Origin: Candidatus Woesearchaeota archaeon
Lineage (GTDB): Archaea > Nanobdellota > Nanobdellia > Woesearchaeales > JAFCFN01
DNA length: 64,000 bases
Reading direction: 5' to 3'
Assembly: GCA_017608625.1 (NCBI GenBank)
Contig: JAFCFN010000001.1
Coordinates: 19,828-83,827, forward strand
The first letter of the stretch is position 1, and each line of letters opens with the position of its first letter. This document shows positions 1 to 9,680 of this stretch, piece by piece. The notes below the pieces were generated by a model. The model had not been told where the DNA came from, made no database searches, and saw nothing but the letters and a program-made list of their open reading frames with translations. A program made the position numbers and the translations under genes.

Positions 1-318
1 TTTAACCAAACCAAAAGGTGTTTGAAAATCCTCTAATAAAGTTGATGTTTTTCCGAGGCCTGTATGATTTGGCCCAAGAATAATATATAAATCAACAAAA
101 GAACTTTCTCCTATTTCTTTATAAGCCCAAGCTGCGCATGGTCCAGAATAAATATAACCTGCGTGGGGGCAGATTGTTCCTAGAATATTTTTTTCTCTTT
201 TTTTTATTGGCAATTCTCCTGGACCAAGTTTTGATAAAAAGCAATCTTTTATCTGTTTTTCTAGTTGAGCAAAATCCTGAGCATAAAACTGGCCTGCTAC
301 AATTGGTTTTCTAGTCAT
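1..318 (-). CDS. MEMO1-family protein (AmmeMemoRadiSam system protein B-like); N-terminal ~106 aa, the gene runs off the window edge
   Basis: Reverse translation from the ATG at about 316-318 reads MTRKPIVAGQFYAQD...ICPHAGYIYSGPCAAWAY. The ICPHAGY/SGP stretch matches the Memo/UPF0103 signature as I remember it. The ORF is below the track length cutoff because it is truncated at position 1. Confidence 0.55.
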   Translation of the reverse strand, partial: MTRKPIVAGQFYAQDFAQLEKQIKDCFLSKLGPGELPIKKREKNILGTICPHAGYIYSGPCAAWAYKEIGESSFVDLYIILGPNHTGLGKTSTLLEDFQTPFGLVK

Positions 319-1273
319 TATCATATATAAGATTAAACTCTCTTAAATATTTATCTGCTATTTCTTTATTGTGAATAATTAAAATATTTTCGTCATTTCT
401 TTTGTTGGCTGATTTTGTCGGGTTAAAAGAACCAGTAATAACTGTTTTATTGTCAATAATGAACACTTTATGGTGCATATTATAACTATTATTATCCCAT
501 TTAACATCCAGACCAAAATCTTTCATCCTATCAAACTGACTGTACTTACTTCTTTGACTTTTTTCAAAAACACCTTTTACATCCAAACCTTTGCCATACT
601 TATTAATAATAGAATTAGCGATTTTTTCACTAGTGAAAGAGAAGGTCATAAAATAAATGCTTTTATTAGCACTGTTTAAAACATCTGTTATATGCCAGGC
701 ACAGTCATCTTCTGGGCAAAAATAATTCTCTATTTTTATATTATTCAGATAGATTATAGGATTTTTAACTTTATCTCCCTTACCAAAGTTTCCTTGCCAC
801 AATTCATCAAATTCTTTTTTATAATTTTCAGCTAAATATTTGGAATAAATAACTAACATATTATTATTGTTTTTGTAGGCACCTCTTTCAGTTGGATTAA
901 AAGAGCCTGTAAATATTTTTTTGTTATCAAATATACAAAATTTGTTATGCATTAACTGGTTACTATTATCAATTCTAACACCCTCTCCTTTTATTTGATT
1001 ATTAAAATTATCATTATCAATAATAATTTTTACATCTATGCTATGGCTTTTGTTAGCTAAAGCATAGATTACATCTTTTAAATCAATGTCGTATAATGCG
1101 CAATAAACAGAGCTTGAGCTATTTTTTATTAGATTGACTAGTTTGCTGTTACAGTTATCTCTTGGACAGAAGTAAACAGAGATATTGCCTTGTTCTGTGA
1201 GGACAATAGATCTGTTTAGATTAGCACACCCAGAGCATAGCAATAATAAGAGTAAGATTGTTCTGATACTCAT
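311..1273 (-). CDS. Phospholipase D-family protein with two HKD motifs, lipoprotein-type signal (extracellular nuclease/phospholipase)
   Basis: The N-terminus LLLLLLCSGC is hydrophobic and ends in a lipobox-like Cys. Two HxK(x4)D motifs are present: HNKFCIFDNKKIFTGSFNPT and HHKVFIIDNKTVITGSFNPT. Confidence 0.75.
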   Translation of the reverse strand: MSIRTILLLLLLCSGCANLNRSIVLTEQGNISVYFCPRDNCNSKLVNLIKNSSSSVYCALYDIDLKDVIYALANKSHSIDVKIIIDNDNFNNQIKGEGVRIDNSNQLMHNKFCIFDNKKIFTGSFNPTERGAYKNNNNMLVIYSKYLAENYKKEFDELWQGNFGKGDKVKNPIIYLNNIKIENYFCPEDDCAWHITDVLNSANKSIYFMTFSFTSEKIANSIINKYGKGLDVKGVFEKSQRSKYSQFDRMKDFGLDVKWDNNSYNMHHKVFIIDNKTVITGSFNPTKSANKRNDENILIIHNKEIADKYLREFNLIYDND

Positions 1274-1341
1274 GTTGTAACTACTCCAAAATAGAAAAGT
1301 TTATATATGAGTTTATATCTACTATACAATAGTAATACTAA

Positions 1342-3093
1342 TCACCTCTTTTTTCCTGAGATTGAGGCCCTTTTGGGCCTCTTTCTTGGGTTTTTATACA
1401 TTCTTTGAATGATAAATCCTGTTACAAATCCAAGAACAATTCCAAGCACAAATATAAATAAAGGTTTTATCTCAGTTTTTTCAGAAGTACTTATTTTTTC
1501 TATTTGTTTTCTTTCTTTTAGATAAGGATCAAGGTCACTAAGCTCTAAGGCATATTCTGAATATAGTAGAGCAGAATAAGGGTCATCTTCTTTTAAACTG
1601 TTAGCATATTCGTAATATGAATAACCTATTATTGGCCAGACACCTTGTTTTATCTGTTTGTTTATAGCTATTTTAACAAGATTGATTTTTGCATCTAAAA
1701 TTTTATTGAGTTGTTCTTTACTAGCGCCTAATGAAGATAATATAACATCAGCAGATGCTTTTGCTTTACTTGCTTCAAACAAACATAGTTCATATTCTTT
1801 TGCTTCTAAATGAGATTTTGCTTTGTTGATTTTTGTTTTTATTTCTCTAATTCTTAATGGAAAATAAATATTAGCATAGCTATATCTTTCTTCTGCTTCA
1901 GCAAGTTTGTTTAAGCAACCAGTTTTCAGTATTTTTTCATCTAGTTTTATTTCTTTTTTACCTTTTCCAAAGAATTTCATCCAGCTATAGGCTGAGAAAA
2001 TTCTTTCAATTGCATATGCCAAGTCAGCAGAACTTTCTTTTGTATTATTTATGTTATCCAGCGATTTATTAAGATAGTCCATGGCTTCAGACAGCCTATT
2101 TTTTGTAATTATATATGTCTGAAGATCAGTTATTGTTTTGATTGATTCTGTAGAAATATTAAATTCTTTAATTTCTTTTTTTGCATTCTCTATTTTATTT
2201 TTTATTTCCTCTATTGTTAGATTTTGAAATAGCAGTGTTCTATATTTGTAATTAGCTCCAAAGCAGTAACTGGCAGCTGTGTAATATTTTTCATCTTTGA
2301 TAGCAGAATAAGCTTTTTCTGTTAGATTATCTATTCCTGTTGTATTAAAATCAAGAAGTTTTTTAAGATTAGAACTTTTGTTACATAGTAAAATTGCTAA
2401 TTCATGCATTGTTTGTTTGTAGTTTGGATCAATTGCTAGTTCCTCAATTACTTCTTGACTATATTCTCCAGTAAATTCATATACTGCTTCTCCTAAACTT
2501 GCTACTTCAATAACTTCTATACCTTTTTCTTTGGCATATTGTGTTAGATTCATTATTTTATTGTTTATTTTTACATTAACATCAGCAGAAGGAACTAATA
2601 CTTTTTTTATTCCAGCTTCAGCAGCAGCATCTATTTTTTCTTTTAAACCACCGACAAAGCCAATAAATCCTCCTGAATTAATTGTACCTGTTATAGCTGT
2701 ATTTTCATCAAGCTCCAGGTTTTTTAGAGCAGCTACAGTTAAGACAGCAATAGCAGCTCCTGCAGATGGTCCCCCAACAATGCCTGACTCAGCTTCTATT
2801 GTATAAAAAAAATCATAGTTATTACAATTTACATCTAAAAAAGAACAAGCAATTTCTTTTGCAAATCGTGTGCTTAGCTGAGTATCTAGTTTTGTTAAAG
2901 GGAATGTTTCTAAAAAGACTCTTCCTGAGCCAGGTTGAATATCCAAGTAAAGATCAGCGAGACTTCCAGTAAGATTATCTCTTCCCTCCTTAACAGCCAA
3001 TAATATCATATGTTTTGTTGCTGTTACATTTGGTAAAAGAAATATTAAAATTACTATAAAAAAAAATGTCTTTCTCATTCTTTTTTTGAACAT
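1342..3093 (-). CDS. Membrane-anchored Lon-like S16 peptidase (no AAA+ ATPase) with a long alpha-helical extension and a C-terminal TM anchor
   Basis: GGPSAGAAIAVLTVAAL carries the Lon catalytic Ser, and GGLKEKIDAAAEAGIKKVLVP carries the Lys. The N-terminal hydrophobic segment FFFIVILIFLL and the C-terminal TM LFIFVLGIVLGFVTGFII flank the domain. The track ORF reaches 3162 but overlaps topA, so I placed the start at the internal Met (MFKK/MRKT). Confidence 0.6.
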   Translation of the reverse strand: MFKKRMRKTFFFIVILIFLLPNVTATKHMILLAVKEGRDNLTGSLADLYLDIQPGSGRVFLETFPLTKLDTQLSTRFAKEIACSFLDVNCNNYDFFYTIEAESGIVGGPSAGAAIAVLTVAALKNLELDENTAITGTINSGGFIGFVGGLKEKIDAAAEAGIKKVLVPSADVNVKINNKIMNLTQYAKEKGIEVIEVASLGEAVYEFTGEYSQEVIEELAIDPNYKQTMHELAILLCNKSSNLKKLLDFNTTGIDNLTEKAYSAIKDEKYYTAASYCFGANYKYRTLLFQNLTIEEIKNKIENAKKEIKEFNISTESIKTITDLQTYIITKNRLSEAMDYLNKSLDNINNTKESSADLAYAIERIFSAYSWMKFFGKGKKEIKLDEKILKTGCLNKLAEAEERYSYANIYFPLRIREIKTKINKAKSHLEAKEYELCLFEASKAKASADVILSSLGASKEQLNKILDAKINLVKIAINKQIKQGVWPIIGYSYYEYANSLKEDDPYSALLYSEYALELSDLDPYLKERKQIEKISTSEKTEIKPLFIFVLGIVLGFVTGFIIQRMYKNPRKRPKRASISGKKR

Positions 3094-5108
3094 TTTGGAT
3101 TTATGCATAACTGCCAAGGTCTTTTTCCTTTTCTGATTAAAACAACCATAGGGTATCCGCATTTAGGACACTCTTTATTTAGAGCTTTTACCAATCCCTT
3201 TTGTGGTAGAGGGAATGTTGTTTCACATTCAGGATATCTGTTGCAAGCTATAAATCTTTTTTTTGTTTTCTTAGAGAATATTATTCTTAACTCCCCTTCT
3301 TTACAAACTGGACACTTTCCAATTAAATTGGCCTGTTTTCTTGTTTCATATTCTGCCTTTGTTAACTCAGCACCTATTTCTCTCTCTTTTTGCTTGAATT
3401 TTTTTAGTATTTTAATCAATACCTCTTTTGCTTCTTTTAGAACAACTTCTTCTTTTTTCTTGTTTTGTCTTATTTCTTCCATTTCCTCTTCAAAGTGTCT
3501 TGTTAACTGCTCGTCAATAATCTCTGGAGAGTATTTTTCTAATGTTTCTATTGTTTTTATTCCTAGTTGAGTTGCTGTAATTGCTTGATCTTTGATATAA
3601 CCTCTTTGATAAAGTGTGTCTATGATTGCAGCTCTTGTTGCTTTTGTTCCAAGATTTCTTTTTTCTAACTCTTTTATTATTGATGAAGGAGTATATCTTT
3701 TTGGTGGCTGAGTTTCTTTATTATGCAATATAATCTTCTTAACTTTTACAATATCTCCTTTTGATAAAGAGGGAAGCTCCTCTTCTTTCAAATTAACATA
3801 AGGTTGATAGAATTTATGCCACCCTTGTTTAATTGTTCTTGTTCCTTTTGTTATGAAAATCTCTTTATTGACATCTATTTCAACCTTGACTGTTTCTCTT
3901 ATAGCTGAAGAAGCAAAAACAGTTAAGAATCTTTTGACTATTAAATCATAAATCTTCTTATGTTTTGAATCAAGCTTTTGTGGAATTTCTCCTGTAGGAA
4001 AGATTGCTGGATGAGCAGGATCAGTTTTTTTACCTTCTTTTGGAATCAAATCTGTTTTAAGAATTTCTTTAACTAATAGAGAGTATTCCTTTTGTTTTGA
4101 GAGGTTTTGTAAAATTGTTTTAAAACCTATTGAAGCAGGCAGTTTTTGAGAGCTAGTTCTCGGGTAAGATATTAATCCTCCTAAATAAAGATTTTGAGCT
4201 ATAGCTAGTGTTTCTTTAGGATTTATTCCAAAACATCTGTAAGCTTCTGTTTGCAGTGTTGTTAAATCAAAAGGTGTTAAGGTTGCTTGTTCAAACTTCT
4301 TTCTCTCTACAGAAGATATTTTTCCATCTTTGTCTTTTGTTCTTTCTAAGACATCCTCTGCTTCTTTTTTATTCCAAAATTTATCCTTGATATGCCATGC
4401 AGTTATATTTTCTTGTTTTACTTTTCCTGTTAACTCTATTTGCCAAAAAAGTGTTGGTTTGAATGCCTGGATTTCCTTTTCTTTATCAACAATTATTTTT
4501 AGTGCAGGCCCTTGTACCCTACCAATTGACATTACTTTGAATACTCCTCTTGATTTGATTGATTCTGTTAATGCTCTTGACAGATTGATTCCATAGTACC
4601 AATCTAGATAGTGTCTTGTTTCTCCAGCATTTGCTTGACCCCAGTCGAGATGCTTCAGCTTTTTTTCGTATGCTTCAATTAAATCTTGTTTTGTTAAAGT
4701 AGAGAACTTCATTCTGTTTGCATCTTTTTGATTGCAGATGAATCTTATTATATTTAAACCAATAACCTCTCCTTCTAAATCATAATCACAAGCAATTGTA
4801 AAAGAATCAGCTTTTTTTGTTAACTTTTTTAGTAAATCAAAATATTTTTTTGCAAATGTTGCTGCTTTATTTACTTTATAAGTAGGTTGCCATTCTATAT
4901 CAAAGACAGGATATGCATACTGAGGATTTTTTTCAGCTAAAGAGAACAAGTGTCCAACTGCACAACCGATAATTATTTCTTTACCTTTTCTTTTCAAAAT
5001 ATAATAACTTGCACCTTTTTCTGTTTCTTTTTTTATTTTACCTTCTGCTAGTGCATTAGCAATCTTCTCAGAAGCTGCTGGTTTTTCTGTTATAATCAAC
5101 TCAGCCAT
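3075..5108 (-). CDS. topA: DNA topoisomerase type IA (Toprim domain plus C-terminal zinc ribbons)
   Basis: An N-terminal Toprim region (ELIITEKPAASEKIA...TIACDYDLEGEVIG) is followed by a type IA core and C-terminal CxxC...CxxC ribbons (CPVCKEG...CNRYPEC, CPKCGYPM). Confidence 0.85.
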   Translation of the reverse strand: MAELIITEKPAASEKIANALAEGKIKKETEKGASYYILKRKGKEIIIGCAVGHLFSLAEKNPQYAYPVFDIEWQPTYKVNKAATFAKKYFDLLKKLTKKADSFTIACDYDLEGEVIGLNIIRFICNQKDANRMKFSTLTKQDLIEAYEKKLKHLDWGQANAGETRHYLDWYYGINLSRALTESIKSRGVFKVMSIGRVQGPALKIIVDKEKEIQAFKPTLFWQIELTGKVKQENITAWHIKDKFWNKKEAEDVLERTKDKDGKISSVERKKFEQATLTPFDLTTLQTEAYRCFGINPKETLAIAQNLYLGGLISYPRTSSQKLPASIGFKTILQNLSKQKEYSLLVKEILKTDLIPKEGKKTDPAHPAIFPTGEIPQKLDSKHKKIYDLIVKRFLTVFASSAIRETVKVEIDVNKEIFITKGTRTIKQGWHKFYQPYVNLKEEELPSLSKGDIVKVKKIILHNKETQPPKRYTPSSIIKELEKRNLGTKATRAAIIDTLYQRGYIKDQAITATQLGIKTIETLEKYSPEIIDEQLTRHFEEEMEEIRQNKKKEEVVLKEAKEVLIKILKKFKQKEREIGAELTKAEYETRKQANLIGKCPVCKEGELRIIFSKKTKKRFIACNRYPECETTFPLPQKGLVKALNKECPKCGYPMVVLIRKGKRPWQLCINPKCSKKE

Positions 5109-5167
5109 ATTCTTTTTTTCTTTTCTATTATATTTAAAGCCTTCGTTTTTAATAGGGAATACAAAAG

Positions 5168-5178
5168 TTTTATAAATA
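5168..5178 (+). promoter_or_regulatory. TATA-box-like element (ttttataaata) in the divergent topA/5255 intergenic region
   Basis: An AT-rich box lies about 80 nt upstream of the ATG at 5255, and a GGAGGG Shine-Dalgarno-like sequence lies about 8 nt before that ATG. The genome is AT-rich, so specificity is low. Confidence 0.2.
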
Positions 5179-5254
5179 ACAGATTTTTAATATATAACTA
5201 AAAAAAAGAGGGCAGCATAATTCTTGTTGCCAGAATAAATTTGGAGGGAAATAA

Positions 5255-5596
5255 ATGGCAAAGAAAAAGAAAGGCGTAATTGGCAAATGGGCATTCTCAA
5301 TTGCCTTATTGGTAGCAATTATCGCAGGACTAGCAGAGCCAGCAGGAAATACAACAATTTCTTGGGTGTTAGTTGTATTAGGATTAATAATTGGGTTGCT
5401 TAACATAACAGCGAAAGAAGTATCAACGTTTTTGATAGCAGCTATTGCTTTGGTATTGACGACAACTAGCTTGAGTATAATACCTGCTTTGGGAATGTAT
5501 TTGCAAGCAGTATTAGTAAATGTTGCTGTTTTTGTAGCACCAGCTGCAGTGGTTGTTGCTTTGAAAGCAATTTATGCAACAGCAGCAGCAAGATAA
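5255..5596 (+). CDS. Small hydrophobic membrane protein (3 predicted TM segments)
   Basis: The ORF has an SD-like GGAGGG upstream and a very hydrophobic composition. I found no recognisable family. Confidence 0.4.
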   Translation: MAKKKKGVIGKWAFSIALLVAIIAGLAEPAGNTTISWVLVVLGLIIGLLNITAKEVSTFLIAAIALVLTTTSLSIIPALGMYLQAVLVNVAVFVAPAAVVVALKAIYATAAAR

Positions 5597-5640
5597 CAAT
5601 TTTTTCTTTTTTATTTTTTAAGTTGAAAAACAAAGTTTTT
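5597..5640 (+). terminator. Oligo-T tract immediately downstream of the 5255..5596 stop (archaeal-type terminator)
   Basis: The sequence taacaattttttcttttttattttttaag has runs of 6-7 T directly after the stop codon. Confidence 0.4.
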
Positions 5641-5671
5641 TAACTTCCCAGAAATCTAGGAATAATTTCCC

Positions 5672-5760
5672 AGGTCTACGAAATTCTTCGAAATCAAGGA
5701 TTTCGAAGACCTAAAAATTGCAAAGCAATTTTTAGATTCCTCGAATTTCGAAGAATTTTC
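5672..5760. repeat. Cluster of nested perfect inverted repeats in a convergent intergenic region (candidate bidirectional terminator or small RNA)
   Basis: cttcgaaatc (5686-95) pairs with gatttcgaag (5699-5708) across a 3-nt loop, and aggt/acct closes that stem. aaaaattgc-aaa-gcaattttt (5713-33) is a perfect hairpin. gaaattcttcgaaat also pairs with atttcgaagaattt at 5745-59. Confidence 0.5.
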
Positions 5761-6406
5761 AATTTCTGTGAAATCCAAACACACCTTTTAGTGGTACAAA
5801 TCTGAAATCTCCTAAATTTTCTTCTATTAGTTTTCCTTTTATTTTTCTTGCTTTAATCATCTTTTGAATGTAATAACCGCCTACAGGAGCAACTATTATT
5901 CCGCCTTCTTTTAGTTGAGCTATTAAGGGTTGAGGAATAGTTGGACAAGCAGCTGTAATGATTATTTTATCATAAGGAGCTGCTTTTGGATATCCACAAC
6001 TGCCATCTCCGTGTATAACTTTAATGTTTTTAAGCCCTGTATTTTTAATATTTGATTTAGCAAAGTTTGCTAATTTTTCTATAATCTCTACTGTATAAAC
6101 AAATCCTTTTTTAACAATATAAGCTATCAAAGCAGCACACCAACCAGAACCAGCACCTATTTCCAAAACTTTATCTGTTTCTTTTAGTTCTAATGCTTCT
6201 ATCATTATCATTACTGTTGTTGGTTGAGATATTGTCTGGCCACCTGGAATTGGCAATGGATAATCTGCATAAGCTTCTGAGATATATTCTGGGAGAACGA
6301 AGTTTTCTCTTAAAATAGATCTAAATGCTTTAATTAGTCTTTTATCTTCTATCAACTTTGTTTCTTTCCAGTATTTAATTAATTTTTCTTTATTTAACAA
6401 AAACAT
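5759..6406 (-). CDS. pcm: Protein-L-isoaspartate O-methyltransferase
   Basis: The SAM-binding motif VLEIGAGSGWCAALIAYIV is present, and the length and overall pattern fit PIMT. Confidence 0.8.
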   Translation of the reverse strand: MFLLNKEKLIKYWKETKLIEDKRLIKAFRSILRENFVLPEYISEAYADYPLPIPGGQTISQPTTVMIMIEALELKETDKVLEIGAGSGWCAALIAYIVKKGFVYTVEIIEKLANFAKSNIKNTGLKNIKVIHGDGSCGYPKAAPYDKIIITAACPTIPQPLIAQLKEGGIIVAPVGGYYIQKMIKARKIKGKLIEENLGDFRFVPLKGVFGFHRN

Positions 6407-7217
6407 CGACTTCTTCTTTTATTGATTCTGGTTTATAACCTCCTTCTAAAACAAAAAAACTAGGATGAGGTTTTAAGATTTCTCTGATCTTTTTGTAGCT
6501 TTTGGTTGTTAGGTTAAAACCAATACCAAAACCTAGGCTATCCTTGTCTTTATAATAGGAATCAAAACCTGCTGATACAGCAACTATATCAGGATTAAAT
6601 GAGTATAAAATAGGGATTAGCTTTTTTTCTAGAGAGTTAATATAATCTGCATCACTTGTACCATATGGTAAAGGAATATTAATGCAATTGTTTTCTGAAA
6701 CTAAACCAGTTCCAGGATAACAGGGTGGACTTTGATGTAAGGAAAAATAGATTACATTCTTTTTATCTAGAAAAATCTCCTGAGTTCCATTGCCATGATG
6801 CAAGTCAAAGTCAAGAATAAACACTTTTTTACCATTGTTTAACAAATCCTGAACAGCTATTGCAATATTATTAAATAAACAAAAACCTCCACCAAAATTT
6901 TTACCAGCGTGATGTCCTGGCGGTCTTACTAAAGCGAATGCTTTTTCTTCTGCTGCCTTTATAGCAGCATTTGCAGCATAAACAGCTACTTGAAAACTCT
7001 TTTTACAAACTGGAGTGTCTAACGTTAAAGAACTTTCTCTTAAACAATGTTTTTTAACACTAGTTACGTACTCTTTGGTATGCACTAATTTAAGTATACT
7101 TTCATCATAATTTATTTTAGAGTTTGATAGTTGTGTAAAATAAATTAATCTTCCTTTATTTTCAGGATGATTGCCTGTATTATGTTCTAAGAAGATTTTG
7201 TTGTAAATGATCTTCAT
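6390..7217 (-). CDS. Histone deacetylase-family (HDAC/AcuC/AphA) deacetylase
   Basis: The RPPGHHA and FDLHHGNGTQ motifs of the arginase/deacetylase fold are present. Confidence 0.75.
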   Translation of the reverse strand: MKIIYNKIFLEHNTGNHPENKGRLIYFTQLSNSKINYDESILKLVHTKEYVTSVKKHCLRESSLTLDTPVCKKSFQVAVYAANAAIKAAEEKAFALVRPPGHHAGKNFGGGFCLFNNIAIAVQDLLNNGKKVFILDFDLHHGNGTQEIFLDKKNVIYFSLHQSPPCYPGTGLVSENNCINIPLPYGTSDADYINSLEKKLIPILYSFNPDIVAVSAGFDSYYKDKDSLGFGIGFNLTTKSYKKIREILKPHPSFFVLEGGYKPESIKEEVDVFVK

Positions 7218-7325
7218 TAATTTATTTATGTCTTCAAAACTTTAAAAATATTTGTATGATTAAAAACCAGATCATTCGAAACTTTTAAATATTCAGGTTA
7301 TATAAATTGAATAAAAAGAGGTAAA

Positions 7326-9644
7326 ATGCCAGAAAGAATTGCCTGGTTTAAAGATTTGAACAAAGATTCTGTTGCTATTGCAGGAGGGAAAGGAGCCAAT
7401 TTGGGAGAGATGTTTAATATAGGGTTGCCAGTTCCTCCTGGCTTTGCTGTTACAGCTCAAACCTATAAAGAGTTTATTGAAGAGACAGGAATAAAAGAAA
7501 AAATATTAGAGATTTTAAAAACAATAGATGTTAATAATACAGAACAATTACAAGAAAAAGCTAATGAAATCCAAAAATTAATTGTTTCTACAGAGGTTCC
7601 AGAAGAAATTAAAGAAGATATTTTAGAAGCCTATGATGCTTTGTCAGCTGAGAAATCAGACAAACCTCAAGATTTGGTAAGAGAAAAAGAGAAACCTTTT
7701 GTTGCAGTAAGAAGCTCTGCTACAGCAGAGGATTTGCCAGAAGCTAGTTTTGCTGGACAGCAAGCAACATTTCTTAATATCAGAGGTGATGAAGAGCTAA
7801 TAAGAGCTGTTAGAGGTTGTTGGGCTAGTTTGTTCACAGCAAGAGCGGTTTATTATAGAGAAAAAAACAATTTTCCTCATGAAAAGGTTTTAATTTCTGT
7901 TATAGTACAGAAGATGATTAACTCAGAGAAATCAGGAGTGATGTTTTCTATTAATCCTTCTACAAATAATATGAATGAGGTTGTTATAGAAGCTGCTTTT
8001 GGTTTAGGAGAGGCGATTGTCTCAGGAGCAGTTAACCCAGATCTATATGTTGTTGATAAAAATACGCTAGAAATAAAGAAGATTGAGATAAAGGAACAGA
8101 AAATAAAGTTTGTTAGAGATCCTGAAACAGGAAAAACAATTAAAAAACCACTGACAGAAAGAGAAGAAATTCAACAAGTTCTTAATGATGCAGAGATAAA
8201 ACAATTAGCAGTGTATGCAAAGAGAATTGAAAAACACTATAATAAACCCCAAGATATAGAGTGGGCAATTGAAAGGGACAATGTTTATATTGTTCAAAGT
8301 AGAGCTGTTACAACAATAAAAGAAGCTGTTAAAGAAAAAGTTGTTGAGAATGGAGAAAAAGAGATTCTGGTTAAAGGAGAAGTAGCTTCTCCAGGAGTAG
8401 CATCTGGAATAGTAAAGATTATTCATGAGATTTCTGAGTTAGATAAAATCCATAAAGGTGATGTTCTTGTAACAAGGATGACAACTCCTGATATGGTTCC
8501 TGCTATGCAAAGAGCTTCTGCCATAGTTACTGATGAAGGAGGTATTACATGTCATGCTGCTATTGTAAGTAGAGAAATGGGAATTCCTTGCATAGTTGGA
8601 ACAGGCAATGCAACTTCTATTTTAAAAGAAGGAGATGAGGTAACTGTTCATGCGACTCATGGTGTTGTTTATAGAGGACAGGTTATAGAAGAAAAAATTC
8701 CTGAAGAAGTAAAACCTGTTGTTGCTCCTATGCCTATAATAACTGCAACACAAATTAAAGTGATAATGGATTTGCCTGATTTTGCTGAAAAAGCAGCAGC
8801 AACTAATGCAGATGGTGTAGGTTTAGTAAGATTGGAAATGATGATCGCAGAAGGAGGAGAGTTACCTTCTCATTATATAAAAACAGGCAGAAAAGAGGAG
8901 TATATTAAATTGTTAGTGGATGGAATAGGAAAAATAGCAAGAGCTTTTAGAAATAAACCTGTTTGGGTAAGAACATCCGATATAAGAACTGATGAGTATA
9001 GAAGTTTAAAAGGCGGCGAGGATGAGCCACATGAAACAGATCCAATGATAGGATGGCATGGAATAAGAAGAAGTTTAGATGAACCAGAAATATTAAAAGC
9101 AGAGTTTGAAGCAATAAAGAGATTGCATGATCAAGGTTTGAAAAATATTGGTGTGATGCTACCATTTGTAATAAGAGCAAGAGAAGTAAGAAAAGCAAAA
9201 GAAATAATGAGGGAAATTGGCTTAGAACCTTGTAGAGATATTCAATTTGGAGTTATGATAGAGACTCCGGCAAGCTGTTTTATAATTAAAGAGTTGTGTG
9301 AAGAAGGGATTGATTTCATTAGCTTTGGGACAAACGACTTAACACAACTAACTTTAGGTATAGATAGAAATAATGAAAGAATTGCAAAATTATATGATGA
9401 AATGCATCCAGCTGTTCTAAGAGAGATAGCAGCTGTTATTAAAGTTTGCAAAAAATATGGTGTTAAAACTAGTATATGCGGTCAGGCTGGCTCTAGGCCA
9501 GATATGGCTGCTTTTCTTGTTAAGCATGGAATTGATTCAATTTCTGCTAATCCAGATGCTGTTCAACAAATAAGAGAGGTTGTTGCAAGAGCTGAGAGAA
9601 AGCTGTTATTAGCGGCTGAAAGAGAAGAATTATACGAAAAATAA
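7326..9644 (+). CDS. ppsA: Phosphoenolpyruvate synthase (pyruvate, water dikinase)
   Basis: An N-terminal ATP-grasp region (IAGGKGANLGEM) is followed by a phosphohistidine domain (GGITCHAAIVSREMGIPCIVG) and a C-terminal PEP-utilising TIM domain. Confidence 0.85.
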   Translation: MPERIAWFKDLNKDSVAIAGGKGANLGEMFNIGLPVPPGFAVTAQTYKEFIEETGIKEKILEILKTIDVNNTEQLQEKANEIQKLIVSTEVPEEIKEDILEAYDALSAEKSDKPQDLVREKEKPFVAVRSSATAEDLPEASFAGQQATFLNIRGDEELIRAVRGCWASLFTARAVYYREKNNFPHEKVLISVIVQKMINSEKSGVMFSINPSTNNMNEVVIEAAFGLGEAIVSGAVNPDLYVVDKNTLEIKKIEIKEQKIKFVRDPETGKTIKKPLTEREEIQQVLNDAEIKQLAVYAKRIEKHYNKPQDIEWAIERDNVYIVQSRAVTTIKEAVKEKVVENGEKEILVKGEVASPGVASGIVKIIHEISELDKIHKGDVLVTRMTTPDMVPAMQRASAIVTDEGGITCHAAIVSREMGIPCIVGTGNATSILKEGDEVTVHATHGVVYRGQVIEEKIPEEVKPVVAPMPIITATQIKVIMDLPDFAEKAAATNADGVGLVRLEMMIAEGGELPSHYIKTGRKEEYIKLLVDGIGKIARAFRNKPVWVRTSDIRTDEYRSLKGGEDEPHETDPMIGWHGIRRSLDEPEILKAEFEAIKRLHDQGLKNIGVMLPFVIRAREVRKAKEIMREIGLEPCRDIQFGVMIETPASCFIIKELCEEGIDFISFGTNDLTQLTLGIDRNNERIAKLYDEMHPAVLREIAAVIKVCKKYGVKTSICGQAGSRPDMAAFLVKHGIDSISANPDAVQQIREVVARAERKLLLAAEREELYEK

Positions 9645-9680
9645 AAATTTTTTATTAATTATTTTCAATATTATAAAAAA

